Positions 1-8,559 of a stretch of 64,000 nt of DNA are shown here, piece after piece (the stretch's first letter is position 1; every line of letters starts with the position of its first letter). The notes under the pieces were generated by a model that saw only the letters and a list, made by a program, of their open reading frames with translations, had not been told where the DNA came from and ran no database searches. The stretch is from a bacterium (GTDB lineage Bacteria; UBA8248): contig OY843592.1 in assembly GCA_963692865.2 (NCBI GenBank), positions 2,208,001-2,272,000 on the forward strand, in the 5' to 3' direction. Position numbers and translations under genes: made by a program.

Positions 1-9
1 AGGCAGGAA

Positions 10-885
10 TTGCGATTCTTCGTTTTGGTCTTCACCGTCACTCTTCTCTGGGGTCTGAGCTTCCCGGCGGCCAAGATAGGCCTGCGAGGCGTGGAGCCTT
101 TCACGTTCCTCTGGCTGAGGGGCATCATCTCCTCGGCCAGCGTTTTTCTGATCATGTTCGCCCGAAAAATGCCGGTTTTGCCGCCGCGGCCGTCTTGGCG
201 GGGGGAGAGCCGCGATTTCTGGATCAACGCCTGCCTGCACAACCTGATGTTCATCACCTATTACCACGGCGTGGACCACACCACGGCCGGGCGCGCCTCG
301 TTGTTCCTCTACTCCCAGCCACTGCTCCTGACGGCGCTTGCGGCGTGGATTCTGCCGCACGAGAGGGTGGGCGTTCGCGCGGTTTCGGGCTTCATCGCCG
401 CGAGCCTGGGCATGGTGTTCCTCTTCGGCGACAGGCTCTCCTCGGCGGGCGGCTCCACCTGGTACGGGGACGCTATCGTCGTCCTGGCGGCCGTGATATG
501 GGCGGTGCAGTCGGTCTTCCTGAAAATGAGGTTGAGGAGCTTCGACGCCTTCAGAATCACGGCCTGGACCCAGATTCTCGCCGTGCTCCCGTTTTTCATC
601 ATGGCCTCGTTTCTGGGCGAGCCCTGGCCCGATCTCACCGACGCCAACGTGCTCACCGGCGTGGGCTACAGCGGCCTGATCGGCACGGGACTCGCCATGA
701 TCCCCTGGCTGTGGCTGCTGACGGACTACCCGGCGAGCCGCGTGGGCGTGTTCATGTTCCTGACGCCCGTGTTCGGGGTCCTGACGGGCGCCTTGCTGCT
801 CGCGGAGCCTCTCACGCTCTTTATGCTCGGGGGGGCGGTTCTCATCTCATCGGGCATCTGCCTCGTTAATTCAGAATCAAGATGA
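10..885 (+). CDS. DMT/EamA family transporter
   Basis: About 10 hydrophobic helices, two EamA-like halves (LLWG.SF, SQP, LTPVFG..G.LLL.E); TTG start. Confidence 0.9.
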   Translation: MRFFVLVFTVTLLWGLSFPAAKIGLRGVEPFTFLWLRGIISSASVFLIMFARKMPVLPPRPSWRGESRDFWINACLHNLMFITYYHGVDHTTAGRASLFLYSQPLLLTALAAWILPHERVGVRAVSGFIAASLGMVFLFGDRLSSAGGSTWYGDAIVVLAAVIWAVQSVFLKMRLRSFDAFRITAWTQILAVLPFFIMASFLGEPWPDLTDANVLTGVGYSGLIGTGLAMIPWLWLLTDYPASRVGVFMFLTPVFGVLTGALLLAEPLTLFMLGGAVLISSGICLVNSESR

Positions 886-1282
886 GGATTCGTATAACTT
901 TATATATCAGCTAGTTATGGGTTGTATTCAAGGTTGAATCTGAGGTTAAGTTATTTGCTTTAATTTATCGAAAAACGTCGTGAATTTATCCAATTTTATC
1001 GGTATTTACAGGAATTCGAAGCCGGGATTTTCATTCCGCTTACAGGACGCTCCGTCGTCTCGACGCCCTCCCGCCGTTTCGTTTTTGCCGCGCCGTCCGG
1101 ATTCATCTCCATGAGAACGTCCCTCCTCGCGGGAGATTCTGGCATATCCCGGGAAAACGGGAACAGCCGCAAATGCGGGCAAATGCGGGGACGACCGGGG
1201 CGGGCCGTGCGCTCGGAAGTCTCGATGTGGTAGCGTAGCGAAACGCAGATCTTGCGCACCTGCCCATAAGAGGGGATGAGGC

Positions 1283-2125
1283 ATGCCGACCATCGACGCC
1301 CAGGTCCACGCCTATGAGAGGAACCACCCGGGGCGGCCGTGGGCGGGCGTTCTGCCGGGGCCGCCCGAGGTCACCGGCGACGACATGGCCGCGGCCATGG
1401 ATGCGGTCGGCGTGGACGCCGCCGTGCTGATCTCGCCGTTCGCCCTGTACCGCTACGACGCCGCCTACGCGCTCGAGGTGCGCGCCGCGCATCCGGACCG
1501 GTTCGCCCTGATCAAGCCGGTCGACCCGACCGATCCCGCCGTGGGGGAGGCGATAGCCGAGTGGGCCGCCCTGGAGGGGGTGGTGGGGGTCCGCGTCATG
1601 CTGAACCCGGGCCCCGGCCTCGATCCGGCCCATCCGGGGATCGACCGCGTTCTCGCCGCCGCCGCCCGCGCCTCGCTGCCGGTGAATCTCATGTGCTGGG
1701 GCCTGCTGGAGCACGCCGCGCGGTATGCGCGCGCGCACCCGGACGCGATGCTGGTGATCGATCACTTGGGCCTCGAGCAGCCCTTCCACCCGCCTGCGCC
1801 GCCCGAGCCCTTCGCCGACCTCCCCAGGCTCCTGGCTCTGGCGGCGCACGACAACGTCGCCGTCAAGATCACCGGCGCCTGCACGCTGTCTCACGAACCC
1901 TACCCCTACGACGATATCTGGGATCCGCTCCGCCGCGTGTTCGACGCGTTCGGCATCGAGCGGTGCATGTGGGGCACCGACTGGACCCGCGCGGTCAATC
2001 TGCTGACCTGCGAGCAGGGCGTGGCGCCGTTCCGCCTCACGGACCGCCTGACGGACGAGGAGCGCGCGACGCTCATGGGAGGCGCCCTGCAGCGGATATA
2101 CGACTGGACGCCGGGTGTCGGGTAA
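1283..2125 (+). CDS. Amidohydrolase family protein (Amidohydro_2)
   Basis: N-terminal IDAQVH, LVIDHLG, C-terminal MWGTDW motifs; GAGG RBS. Confidence 0.88.
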   Translation: MPTIDAQVHAYERNHPGRPWAGVLPGPPEVTGDDMAAAMDAVGVDAAVLISPFALYRYDAAYALEVRAAHPDRFALIKPVDPTDPAVGEAIAEWAALEGVVGVRVMLNPGPGLDPAHPGIDRVLAAAARASLPVNLMCWGLLEHAARYARAHPDAMLVIDHLGLEQPFHPPAPPEPFADLPRLLALAAHDNVAVKITGACTLSHEPYPYDDIWDPLRRVFDAFGIERCMWGTDWTRAVNLLTCEQGVAPFRLTDRLTDEERATLMGGALQRIYDWTPGVG

Positions 2126-2154
2126 GAGGCGGCCCCTGCCCAGCATCGCGCAAC

Positions 2155-3345
2155 CTGTAGCCGTAGGGGCGACCCCCTGTGGTCGCCCGTCCGTCGTTTT
2201 TGATCGTCATTCCGGCGTCGGAGCCTCCCTCCCTGGGGCTGTTGAAAAAGCCCGATGCGGCGCAATCCCCCTCCTCGTTCTGCGCGGCCCGCCGCTCCGC
2301 CTCACCCTGAGTAGCGGCGAAGCCGCGTATCGAAGGGCGAAATGCGCTCCCCATCCTTCGATACGGCGCTTACGCGCCTACTCAGGATGAGGATTTGGGG
2401 GCGCCGGGATGAGGGTGTCAAAGGCGCCCGCTCCCAGTACCGGGTTTTTCAACAGCCCCAAGGCGGGAGGGTTCGACGGAATCCAGGGAATTCCGAAATA
2501 TCCCGCGCAGGGGCCGCATGTGGGGTTGTTGGAAAAGCTCTGAATTTTAGATTTGTCGTATGTAACCAACCGACGAGAGAGAAAAACCACTCCCCCCTTG
2601 AGGGTCGGTCTCCCTCGGGGGAAGACCGACGGTGAGGTGAGGGGGTTTTTCTCCCGAAACCGAACCGGTGGGGGGAGCTTTTCATTTAGAACCGTCCCCC
2701 CCCGCCACATCGGCCTTCGCGCAAACCGCTCGGCCTCTGTCGGGCTTCCCCCTCAGGAAGCCCGACCCCCGCAAGGGGCTGTTGAAAAAGTCCCGCAATT
2801 GCCGGAATGACGGCGACGGGACGCTGCCTTCCCGAAGGGTGTGTAGGTCAGACATATATGTCTGACATATCATGCGACCCGGATTTTCATGCCTCCTGCG
2901 AACGGGCCGCATGATATGCGGCCCCTACAAACCCCTCTGCTTTTCTCCTGCACGGCTTTTTCAACAACCCCCTCAAGGGGGGAGTGAACTTCAAAAGCGT
3001 GCGCGCAACCCAAGATCACTTCCCGGAGGTTTTTCAACAGCCCCATGTATGCAACCCGTGTATTGACGGCGAAAGAGCGGGGCCGCATGCCACGAGCCGG
3101 ACGGGTCGCATACATACCGGCTCCTGCGCCAGGCTTATGACCAAAACGACGGGCGGGGTGAGGACGTGGAAGAAACGAAAAGGCAAAGTCAAAATGGATT
3201 CCGGCGTTCGCCGGAATGACGGCGGTGTGGTTCTGTTACGGTGAATGCGAGATGGATTCGCCTGTAAGGGCGGATACTTAAGCTCGCCCCTGCGATAAAA
3301 CCGCAAACCCTCCCTCACCAGTCGGAAAAATCTGCAAACGCTCGC
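2155..3345. repeat. Mosaic intergenic cluster of palindromic repeats (GTAG-type REP-like units, GTCATTCCGGC hairpins, CCTGAGTAGCGGCG...TATCGAAGG units, CACTCCCCCCTTGAGGG hairpin, TIR shells)
   Basis: Same motifs recur in most long intergenic regions of the window; ORFs here are short and non-protein-like. Confidence 0.85.
2775..2971. mobile_element. MITE-like element with 15-bp terminal inverted repeats
   Basis: GGGGCTGTTGAAAAA (2775) ... TTTTTCAACAACCCC (2971), flanked by CGCAA/CTCAA inside the right arm of the hairpin repeat starting at 2588. Confidence 0.65.
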
Positions 3346-3364
3346 TCCTCGCTCGCGTTTGACC

Positions 3365-4393
3365 TCACGAATCGATCAGAACCGGCGCGCGGCCGACCAC
3401 TTTGTTCTCCGAGAGGTCGGCCAGCGCCCGCTCCACCTCGGCCAGGGGATACGTCCCCGAAACGATGGGCTTCACCCGGCCCGCGCCGACCCAGGCGGCG
3501 GCCTCGGCCAACTCCGCGTGGTTCACGTAACGCGAACCGGTTACCGTAATCTCGTCGTTCACGAAGCGGGTGGGGTCGCTCGCGAAGACCGCTCCCGGTT
3601 GAAAGCCCACCACGACGAGCGCGCCCGTCCGCGCGAGCGAGGCGAAGCTTTTGGGCAGCGTCTGCTCCGTGCCCACGAACTCCAGCACGGCGTCCGCTCC
3701 CTTGCCGCCGGTGACTTCGAGCGCGGCCTCGGCGAAATCCTCCTTCAGGCCGTTCACCGCGTGGTCCGCGCCCAGCTCCCGCGCGCGGGCGAGCTTGGCG
3801 TCGTCCACGTCCACCGCGATGACGCGCGCGCCGAAGGCCTTGGCGATCTGGACGGCGTGAATCCCCACGCCGCCGCAGGCGCCGACGACCACCACGTCGT
3901 CCCCCGGACGCACGCCCGCGCGCGTCTTGACGGCCTTGAGCGGGGTCGCCACCGGGCTAACGATGGTCGTGGCTTCGGCGTAGCCCACGCCTTCGGGGAT
4001 GGCGCACAGGTTCCCCGCCGGGACCCGCGCGTACTCGGCGTAGCCGCCGTCCTGGTGCGCACCTAAGTAGCCCCCGAAATTCTCGCACAGCGTCACCCGG
4101 CCGAGCCCGCAGAACCGGCACCGCCCGCAGGTGAGATAGGCGTGGACGACGGCGCGGTCGCCCTCGGCCCAGCCCTCGACGCCCGGCCCGAGCGCCGCCA
4201 CCTCGCCCGCGATCTCGTGTCCCATGATGAGGGGGAGCTTTCCGCCGACCCGGCCCGCGCGGATGGTCACGTCGAACTGATCCGGCGCGCAGGCGCGCAC
4301 GCGCAACACGACCTCCCCGTGGCCCGGCGCCGGGTCGGGCACGGTTTCGAGCGTCAGGGGGCCTCCCCATTCATGCAGCACCATGGCCCGCAT
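3365..4393 (-). CDS. Zinc-dependent alcohol dehydrogenase (MDR family)
   Basis: GHE motif, structural Zn CGRCRFC...C, Rossmann GACGGVG. Confidence 0.92.
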   Translation of the reverse strand: MRAMVLHEWGGPLTLETVPDPAPGHGEVVLRVRACAPDQFDVTIRAGRVGGKLPLIMGHEIAGEVAALGPGVEGWAEGDRAVVHAYLTCGRCRFCGLGRVTLCENFGGYLGAHQDGGYAEYARVPAGNLCAIPEGVGYAEATTIVSPVATPLKAVKTRAGVRPGDDVVVVGACGGVGIHAVQIAKAFGARVIAVDVDDAKLARARELGADHAVNGLKEDFAEAALEVTGGKGADAVLEFVGTEQTLPKSFASLARTGALVVVGFQPGAVFASDPTRFVNDEITVTGSRYVNHAELAEAAAWVGAGRVKPIVSGTYPLAEVERALADLSENKVVGRAPVLIDS

Positions 4394-4530
4394 CGCAGCC
4401 TCCTTTTCGTCGGACGATATGGCCCGAAATACGTCCCATCCTCTCCTGTCGATGATTCCGGGGGAGGGGGGAATTTCAGGAGTATAGTACTATTTTCTCG
4501 ATGATCGGCCCGGGCGGCCGGAAACGAAGA

Positions 4531-5487
4531 TCACCTCGCCAGTTCATCCAGCTTCGGGCCGAAGACGCGCTTGAAGTCCTCGAGCTTACCAATCATCCAG
4601 TTTCTGATTTCATCCAGCGCCTCTTCGTCGTCGATGCTGCCCTGGCGCTGCGCCGAAATGCGGCTCGCCGTTTTATCGTCCAGCCGCTGCCATACGAGCG
4701 ACTCCTTGAGTTCGGTTTCGATGGCCTCTTTTTGCTCTTCGATCTGGTCGAACAACTCCTTATTCCACTCCTGGTCCGTATGGCGGATGTAGACTTCGAC
4801 TCTGGCCGTGTTCTGGTGGCCGAAGACGGCGCCGTATAGAACGCGCTGCGCGTGTCCCGCCGAAAAGGAGAGCCAGCTTTGGGCTCGCGCCTGGCGCGCA
4901 TTCGTGAATCCCCGCTCCGTGAGCGCGTCTGCGAGTTTCTGGAAAAACGCCTCGTAACGCTGGTTCCTCTCCGACTTATTCGCATCCCGGACTTTGCTCT
5001 TGATTTCCTTACCCCATTCGTTGGGTGAAGCGACCACATTGAAGTGCGGCGCGGGGAGCGAATCGCCGATCTTCCACAACTCGACCGCCACGCCGAAGAA
5101 TTCCGTTTCTTCGTCAGTGTGCCGGTTGAGCCAGTCGATGGCTTGCCTGTGCTCGTCTCTGAAGTGCTTCGCAACCCAGACAATCACGTTCGCGTCGGAG
5201 CCGCCCGCGTATGTGAGCAGCTTGCCCAAATGGTCATGATTCGTCGACTCCAGTTGGTTCTCGATGATCACCGTGTGGTCCGTTACCGACTCGCGGGCCA
5301 GTAAATCCAGTGAAAACGAGCCGACCGGCGCTTCCTGCTCTTGCAGTTCGAGTTCCAGCCCCAGGGCGTCGCCGAGTTCCGATATGTGCTCCGCGAGCCA
5401 GGGCGTGAAGTCGTTTGCCTCATGCGGCCAGGCCTCCCGGAGGTCGTCAATCCTTTCGATGTGTCCGAGCTCTGCGGTTTCCGTCAT
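4531..5487 (-). CDS. NucS-like PD-(D/E)XK nuclease domain + DUF4268 domain protein
   Basis: E.PVG.FS.DLLA...VIIENQL...DHLGKLLTYA N-terminus; C-terminal L.WQRLD.K.ASRI typical of DUF4268. Confidence 0.8.
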   Translation of the reverse strand: MTETAELGHIERIDDLREAWPHEANDFTPWLAEHISELGDALGLELELQEQEAPVGSFSLDLLARESVTDHTVIIENQLESTNHDHLGKLLTYAGGSDANVIVWVAKHFRDEHRQAIDWLNRHTDEETEFFGVAVELWKIGDSLPAPHFNVVASPNEWGKEIKSKVRDANKSERNQRYEAFFQKLADALTERGFTNARQARAQSWLSFSAGHAQRVLYGAVFGHQNTARVEVYIRHTDQEWNKELFDQIEEQKEAIETELKESLVWQRLDDKTASRISAQRQGSIDDEEALDEIRNWMIGKLEDFKRVFGPKLDELAR

Positions 5488-5530
5488 GCTGTTTTCCTCT
5501 CGTTTGGTTTCTTGCTGTCCGTTGCCTCGC

Positions 5531-6007
5531 TCATTTCAGGCACTGCCGGCAGAGTTCAAGCACGGGGACGCCCATAGAGGATATGAAAGCGGCGTGTTCC
5601 GACCAGTGCGAGTCAGTTGCGTTCACGACTCGCCCGTTTCCAGCCTTTGCGACGGCCAGGAATTTCCTATCATCCCGGTCAAAATCATTTGGAGGAAGGT
5701 TCGCGAATCCACCGTCCGCATCCGATGTTTCTTGAATCGGTACGCGGATGATACTGTTTTCCGACCATTGATGGTCATGCAGGAACTTGAAAAACATATC
5801 TCCAACGCCGGGGGCTCCGCTGTAACTGCAATAGCCCTCATATTCATCCATTATGAAATTAGATGAATCGAGAAGTACGATGCGTTTCCCTTTAGCTGCT
5901 CTCTCCAACGTCTCGATACACGCGAGTTCGCATTCGGGATCGGCCTGTTCACTGTTCCCATTCGCCACTATCAAGACGTTCGTATCAACGACAACCCTGT
6001 CCGTCAT
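5531..6007 (-). CDS. PIN domain ribonuclease-like protein
   Basis: VVVDTNV, DRDDRKF and ATDS acidic motifs; start overlaps ATPase stop (ATGA). Confidence 0.75.
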   Translation of the reverse strand: MTDRVVVDTNVLIVANGNSEQADPECELACIETLERAAKGKRIVLLDSSNFIMDEYEGYCSYSGAPGVGDMFFKFLHDHQWSENSIIRVPIQETSDADGGFANLPPNDFDRDDRKFLAVAKAGNGRVVNATDSHWSEHAAFISSMGVPVLELCRQCLK

Positions 6008-7410
6008 TCCTCGACTTTCATCTTGCGTTTGATAGCGGCTTTTCTGGTCGCAGCGATTTCCTCCATCTCATCGCCGAAGAAATGATCGGGCCAGTTCTCG
6101 ATTTCTCCGTACTCGTTCAGGCCGATGTCCGTCAGGCGGGCTTCGCCGTTTTCCTGCGAGACGAAATAGAGCTTCACCAGGTCCGCCTGTATGGTTTCGT
6201 CCGCCACGCGCCGCTGGAGGCGACGCAGCAGGTGTTCGCTGTGGCTCTCGACGATCACCTGCAAATCCCGCGTTTCGGCGATCTCGACGATGGCGTCCGC
6301 CAATCTACTCTGCACCTCAGGATGCAGGTGAATTTCCGGTTGTTCGAGAATGACAGTGGAGCGTTCAGGGACATGGCTCATTAGAACGATGGCTGGCAGA
6401 ACCTGGGATACGCCGAAGCCCACATCCGGCAAAAGCGCTTCCGGGCTTTCCTCGTCCACCGATACTTTGGCCTGGTAGATGTTGGAACCCTTGGCGATTT
6501 CGGCGACCGAGAAGGAATGGATGAGTCCCATTTTCTTAAGCCTAGTCGCGACGGCTTCCTGGAAGGAGAGTTTTTTGCCTCTTTTCTTCACTTGATAGGT
6601 TTTTCCCTTCTCCGGTGCGGCGAGGATGGCGCTGATCGTCAATTCGCCCCGCGGCCCTACGTCATAAGGGCTGCCTCCGCTCCAGTTGTATTCCCGTTGT
6701 GGATAGTCCCGAAGTGGACCGAGATAGAAAACCCTGTCCATCAGTTTTTCATAATCGGCCTCCATATCTCTCTTCGGATTTCGCCGTTCTGATGACATTT
6801 GGAGCATGGCTTGGAAAGGAAACAGATGGGTCTTGATGGGGCCGTCGTCGAGGTCTCCGTGTCGCCGGGACACATCGCCCGACGGGATTTTTCTCTTCGT
6901 CTCGACAAAACGAAAGCTACTCTCCTGCTCGGGATTCGGATCGATGCCGAAAGTAGTTTCTTCTCCCGAATCTTTGTCTATGATGGTGTAAGATATGGAC
7001 TGCGTTTTTATGGACTTGGACTCCTCGGGATTCGCCATTTCCACCACGGATTGTATGGACACTTCTTTGTATTCGAATTGAATCTCATCTTCGTCAGTGT
7101 GAGAGTCGGATGGGAGCCAGGGCCTTTCGAGTCCATTCCAGGACAACTCCCATTCCAGTTTCAGGCTTTTGTCGTTTCGGTGGATGACGTCGCCGAAGCC
7201 GCCCAGGTTGATCACGCCGCCGGATTTTCCGAAATCGAGAACCATGTTTCGATCCGGGTTGTTCTTTGTCTCCTTCAGCATGAGGAGGAACTGGATCAGG
7301 CTGCTCTTGCCCGAACTGTTGGTCCCGAACAGACCGGTGATCCTCGGGCCGAGCTCGATGTCGAGCTCGCGCCACGCCTTGAAATTCTTGAGGTTGACGT
7401 GCCGGATCAT
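6004..7410 (-). CDS. ABC/AAA-type ATPase with C-terminal DUF3696
   Basis: LKNFKA start, Walker A GTNSSGKS, DVGFGVSQ, Walker B ILEQPEIHLHP, VESHSE, C-terminal GEIENWPDHFF; ATG 7410 preceded by GGAG. Confidence 0.88.
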   Translation of the reverse strand: MIRHVNLKNFKAWRELDIELGPRITGLFGTNSSGKSSLIQFLLMLKETKNNPDRNMVLDFGKSGGVINLGGFGDVIHRNDKSLKLEWELSWNGLERPWLPSDSHTDEDEIQFEYKEVSIQSVVEMANPEESKSIKTQSISYTIIDKDSGEETTFGIDPNPEQESSFRFVETKRKIPSGDVSRRHGDLDDGPIKTHLFPFQAMLQMSSERRNPKRDMEADYEKLMDRVFYLGPLRDYPQREYNWSGGSPYDVGPRGELTISAILAAPEKGKTYQVKKRGKKLSFQEAVATRLKKMGLIHSFSVAEIAKGSNIYQAKVSVDEESPEALLPDVGFGVSQVLPAIVLMSHVPERSTVILEQPEIHLHPEVQSRLADAIVEIAETRDLQVIVESHSEHLLRRLQRRVADETIQADLVKLYFVSQENGEARLTDIGLNEYGEIENWPDHFFGDEMEEIAATRKAAIKRKMKVEE

Positions 7411-7476
7411 CGCAATTTCTCCGAGGCGAACAAGGTGTTTCCGAGATCGGCAGCCTATTTGCCCGATTCGCCCGGA

Positions 7477-7509
7477 ATTATGCGCCACGCATGAAACCCC
7501 GTCAAAACC
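7477..7509 (-). promoter_or_regulatory. Putative sigma70 promoter, copy 1 (upstream of ATPase-PIN-DUF4268)
   Basis: Minus strand TTGACG-17 nt-CATAAT; 29/33 identical to 9549-9581. Confidence 0.65.
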
Positions 7510-7594
7510 TTCCTTAACCCTTCTTGAACTCTATATCGCCATCCGGGAGGCGTTGCCTGCGGAAAAAGAGGAGGCGCTGACAGACAGGCGAGGG

Positions 7595-7672
7595 ATGCGG
7601 CGGCGAAGACCGAAAATCACCGGCCTTGGACCGAAGACGCGCTTGAAGTCCGTGAGTTTACTGATATTCCAA
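7595..7672 (-). pseudogene. Remnant of the 3' end of a DUF4268 gene
   Basis: Translates WNISKLTDFKRVFGP vs WMIGKLEDFKRVFGP in 4531..5487; 21-bp exact match 7631-7651 = 4559-4579. Confidence 0.7.
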
Positions 7673-7680
7673 ATGAAAAC

Positions 7681-8559
7681 TCATCCGAACGGTTCGAGTT
7701 TGTTTTTGAGGTCCCGTTCGAAAGCCTCGCGGCGAATGGTCTCGGCGGCGAGGAGCTTTTTGTGCGTATCCTCCAGCGTGAGGACCTCCCAGTGTCCCCG
7801 TGAGAGTCGGTAGCGGCCCTCGGCGTCGTGGATGAGTTCCGGGACCAGCCAGATGACGTCGCCGTCATTGAGATCGTGATTTGGATCGCGGCTCGGACCT
7901 CCGATGGACTCGAAGAATGGCCGATCCACCGCGACGGCTATTTTCGATCCCCAACGTCTGAGAGTCGGAACCTTGATTTGTAGCTGCGGCATGAGGCGCT
8001 TCGCGCTCGAAGAGCGCCAGTCCGGCCTGCGCACCGCGTCGGGAAACGGCGGTATCGGATGGGCGTCATCGCGCAAATTCAAGAATTCGGACTGCATACC
8101 TCTGCCCGAGAAATAAACCGCCTGGATTTCCAGTCCATACCATCTGAGAGCGCTGCCGGACGTTTTGCCGACTACGAGGTCGATCTTCCCAGCGGGTTTG
8201 TTTGTACTCGTTCCGCGCATGAAAGATACCTCGCGGGCCAGCATTGCTTCTTCGGAGGAAAAGCCGACGATCTCCGCCAGCCAATTCACGAGCAGTTGTT
8301 TCTCTTCGAGCCTGATCGGACAAACGATAACCGGCTCGCCTTGGGATAATCCAAGCCGCCCGTCTTCGCCTTTTTCATAACGTTGGAGGGAACACACGCC
8401 GCCCCGCTTCCGGCAAGGCGGCTCGCCCTTTTGGAACGGACATGGCGGGGTTTCGCGTTCCTCTTGCAAGGCAATCTTCGCCAGTCGGCGACGCTCGTCG
8501 GGAGAGAGATTGATGAACGGTCGCCCGTACCATTCCGCGACCCCGTACCGCGCGCTCAA
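7681..8559 (-). CDS. NotI-family restriction endonuclease
   Basis: Four-Cys cluster (CPF...C...VCS...VCP), ID...LEIQAVY catalytic region, RPDWRSS..KRLMPQL..K...WG.K; start overlaps MTase stop. Confidence 0.8.
   Translation of the reverse strand: MSARYGVAEWYGRPFINLSPDERRRLAKIALQEERETPPCPFQKGEPPCRKRGGVCSLQRYEKGEDGRLGLSQGEPVIVCPIRLEEKQLLVNWLAEIVGFSSEEAMLAREVSFMRGTSTNKPAGKIDLVVGKTSGSALRWYGLEIQAVYFSGRGMQSEFLNLRDDAHPIPPFPDAVRRPDWRSSSAKRLMPQLQIKVPTLRRWGSKIAVAVDRPFFESIGGPSRDPNHDLNDGDVIWLVPELIHDAEGRYRLSRGHWEVLTLEDTHKKLLAAETIRREAFERDLKNKLEPFG

Noticed and set aside
887-914. dif/loxP-like site (GATTCGTATAA...)
   Set aside because: Only an XerC-like arm; no TTATGTTAAAT-like XerD arm after a 6-bp spacer
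2155-3345. Possible CRISPR array in repeat-rich intergenic regions
   Set aside because: No constant direct repeat with regular unique spacers; units are mixed inverted palindromes; no cas genes
7477-7488. GTGGCGCATAA (also 9549-9560) as a dif XerC arm
   Set aside because: No XerD arm; a promoter reading with TTGACG 17 bp upstream fits better
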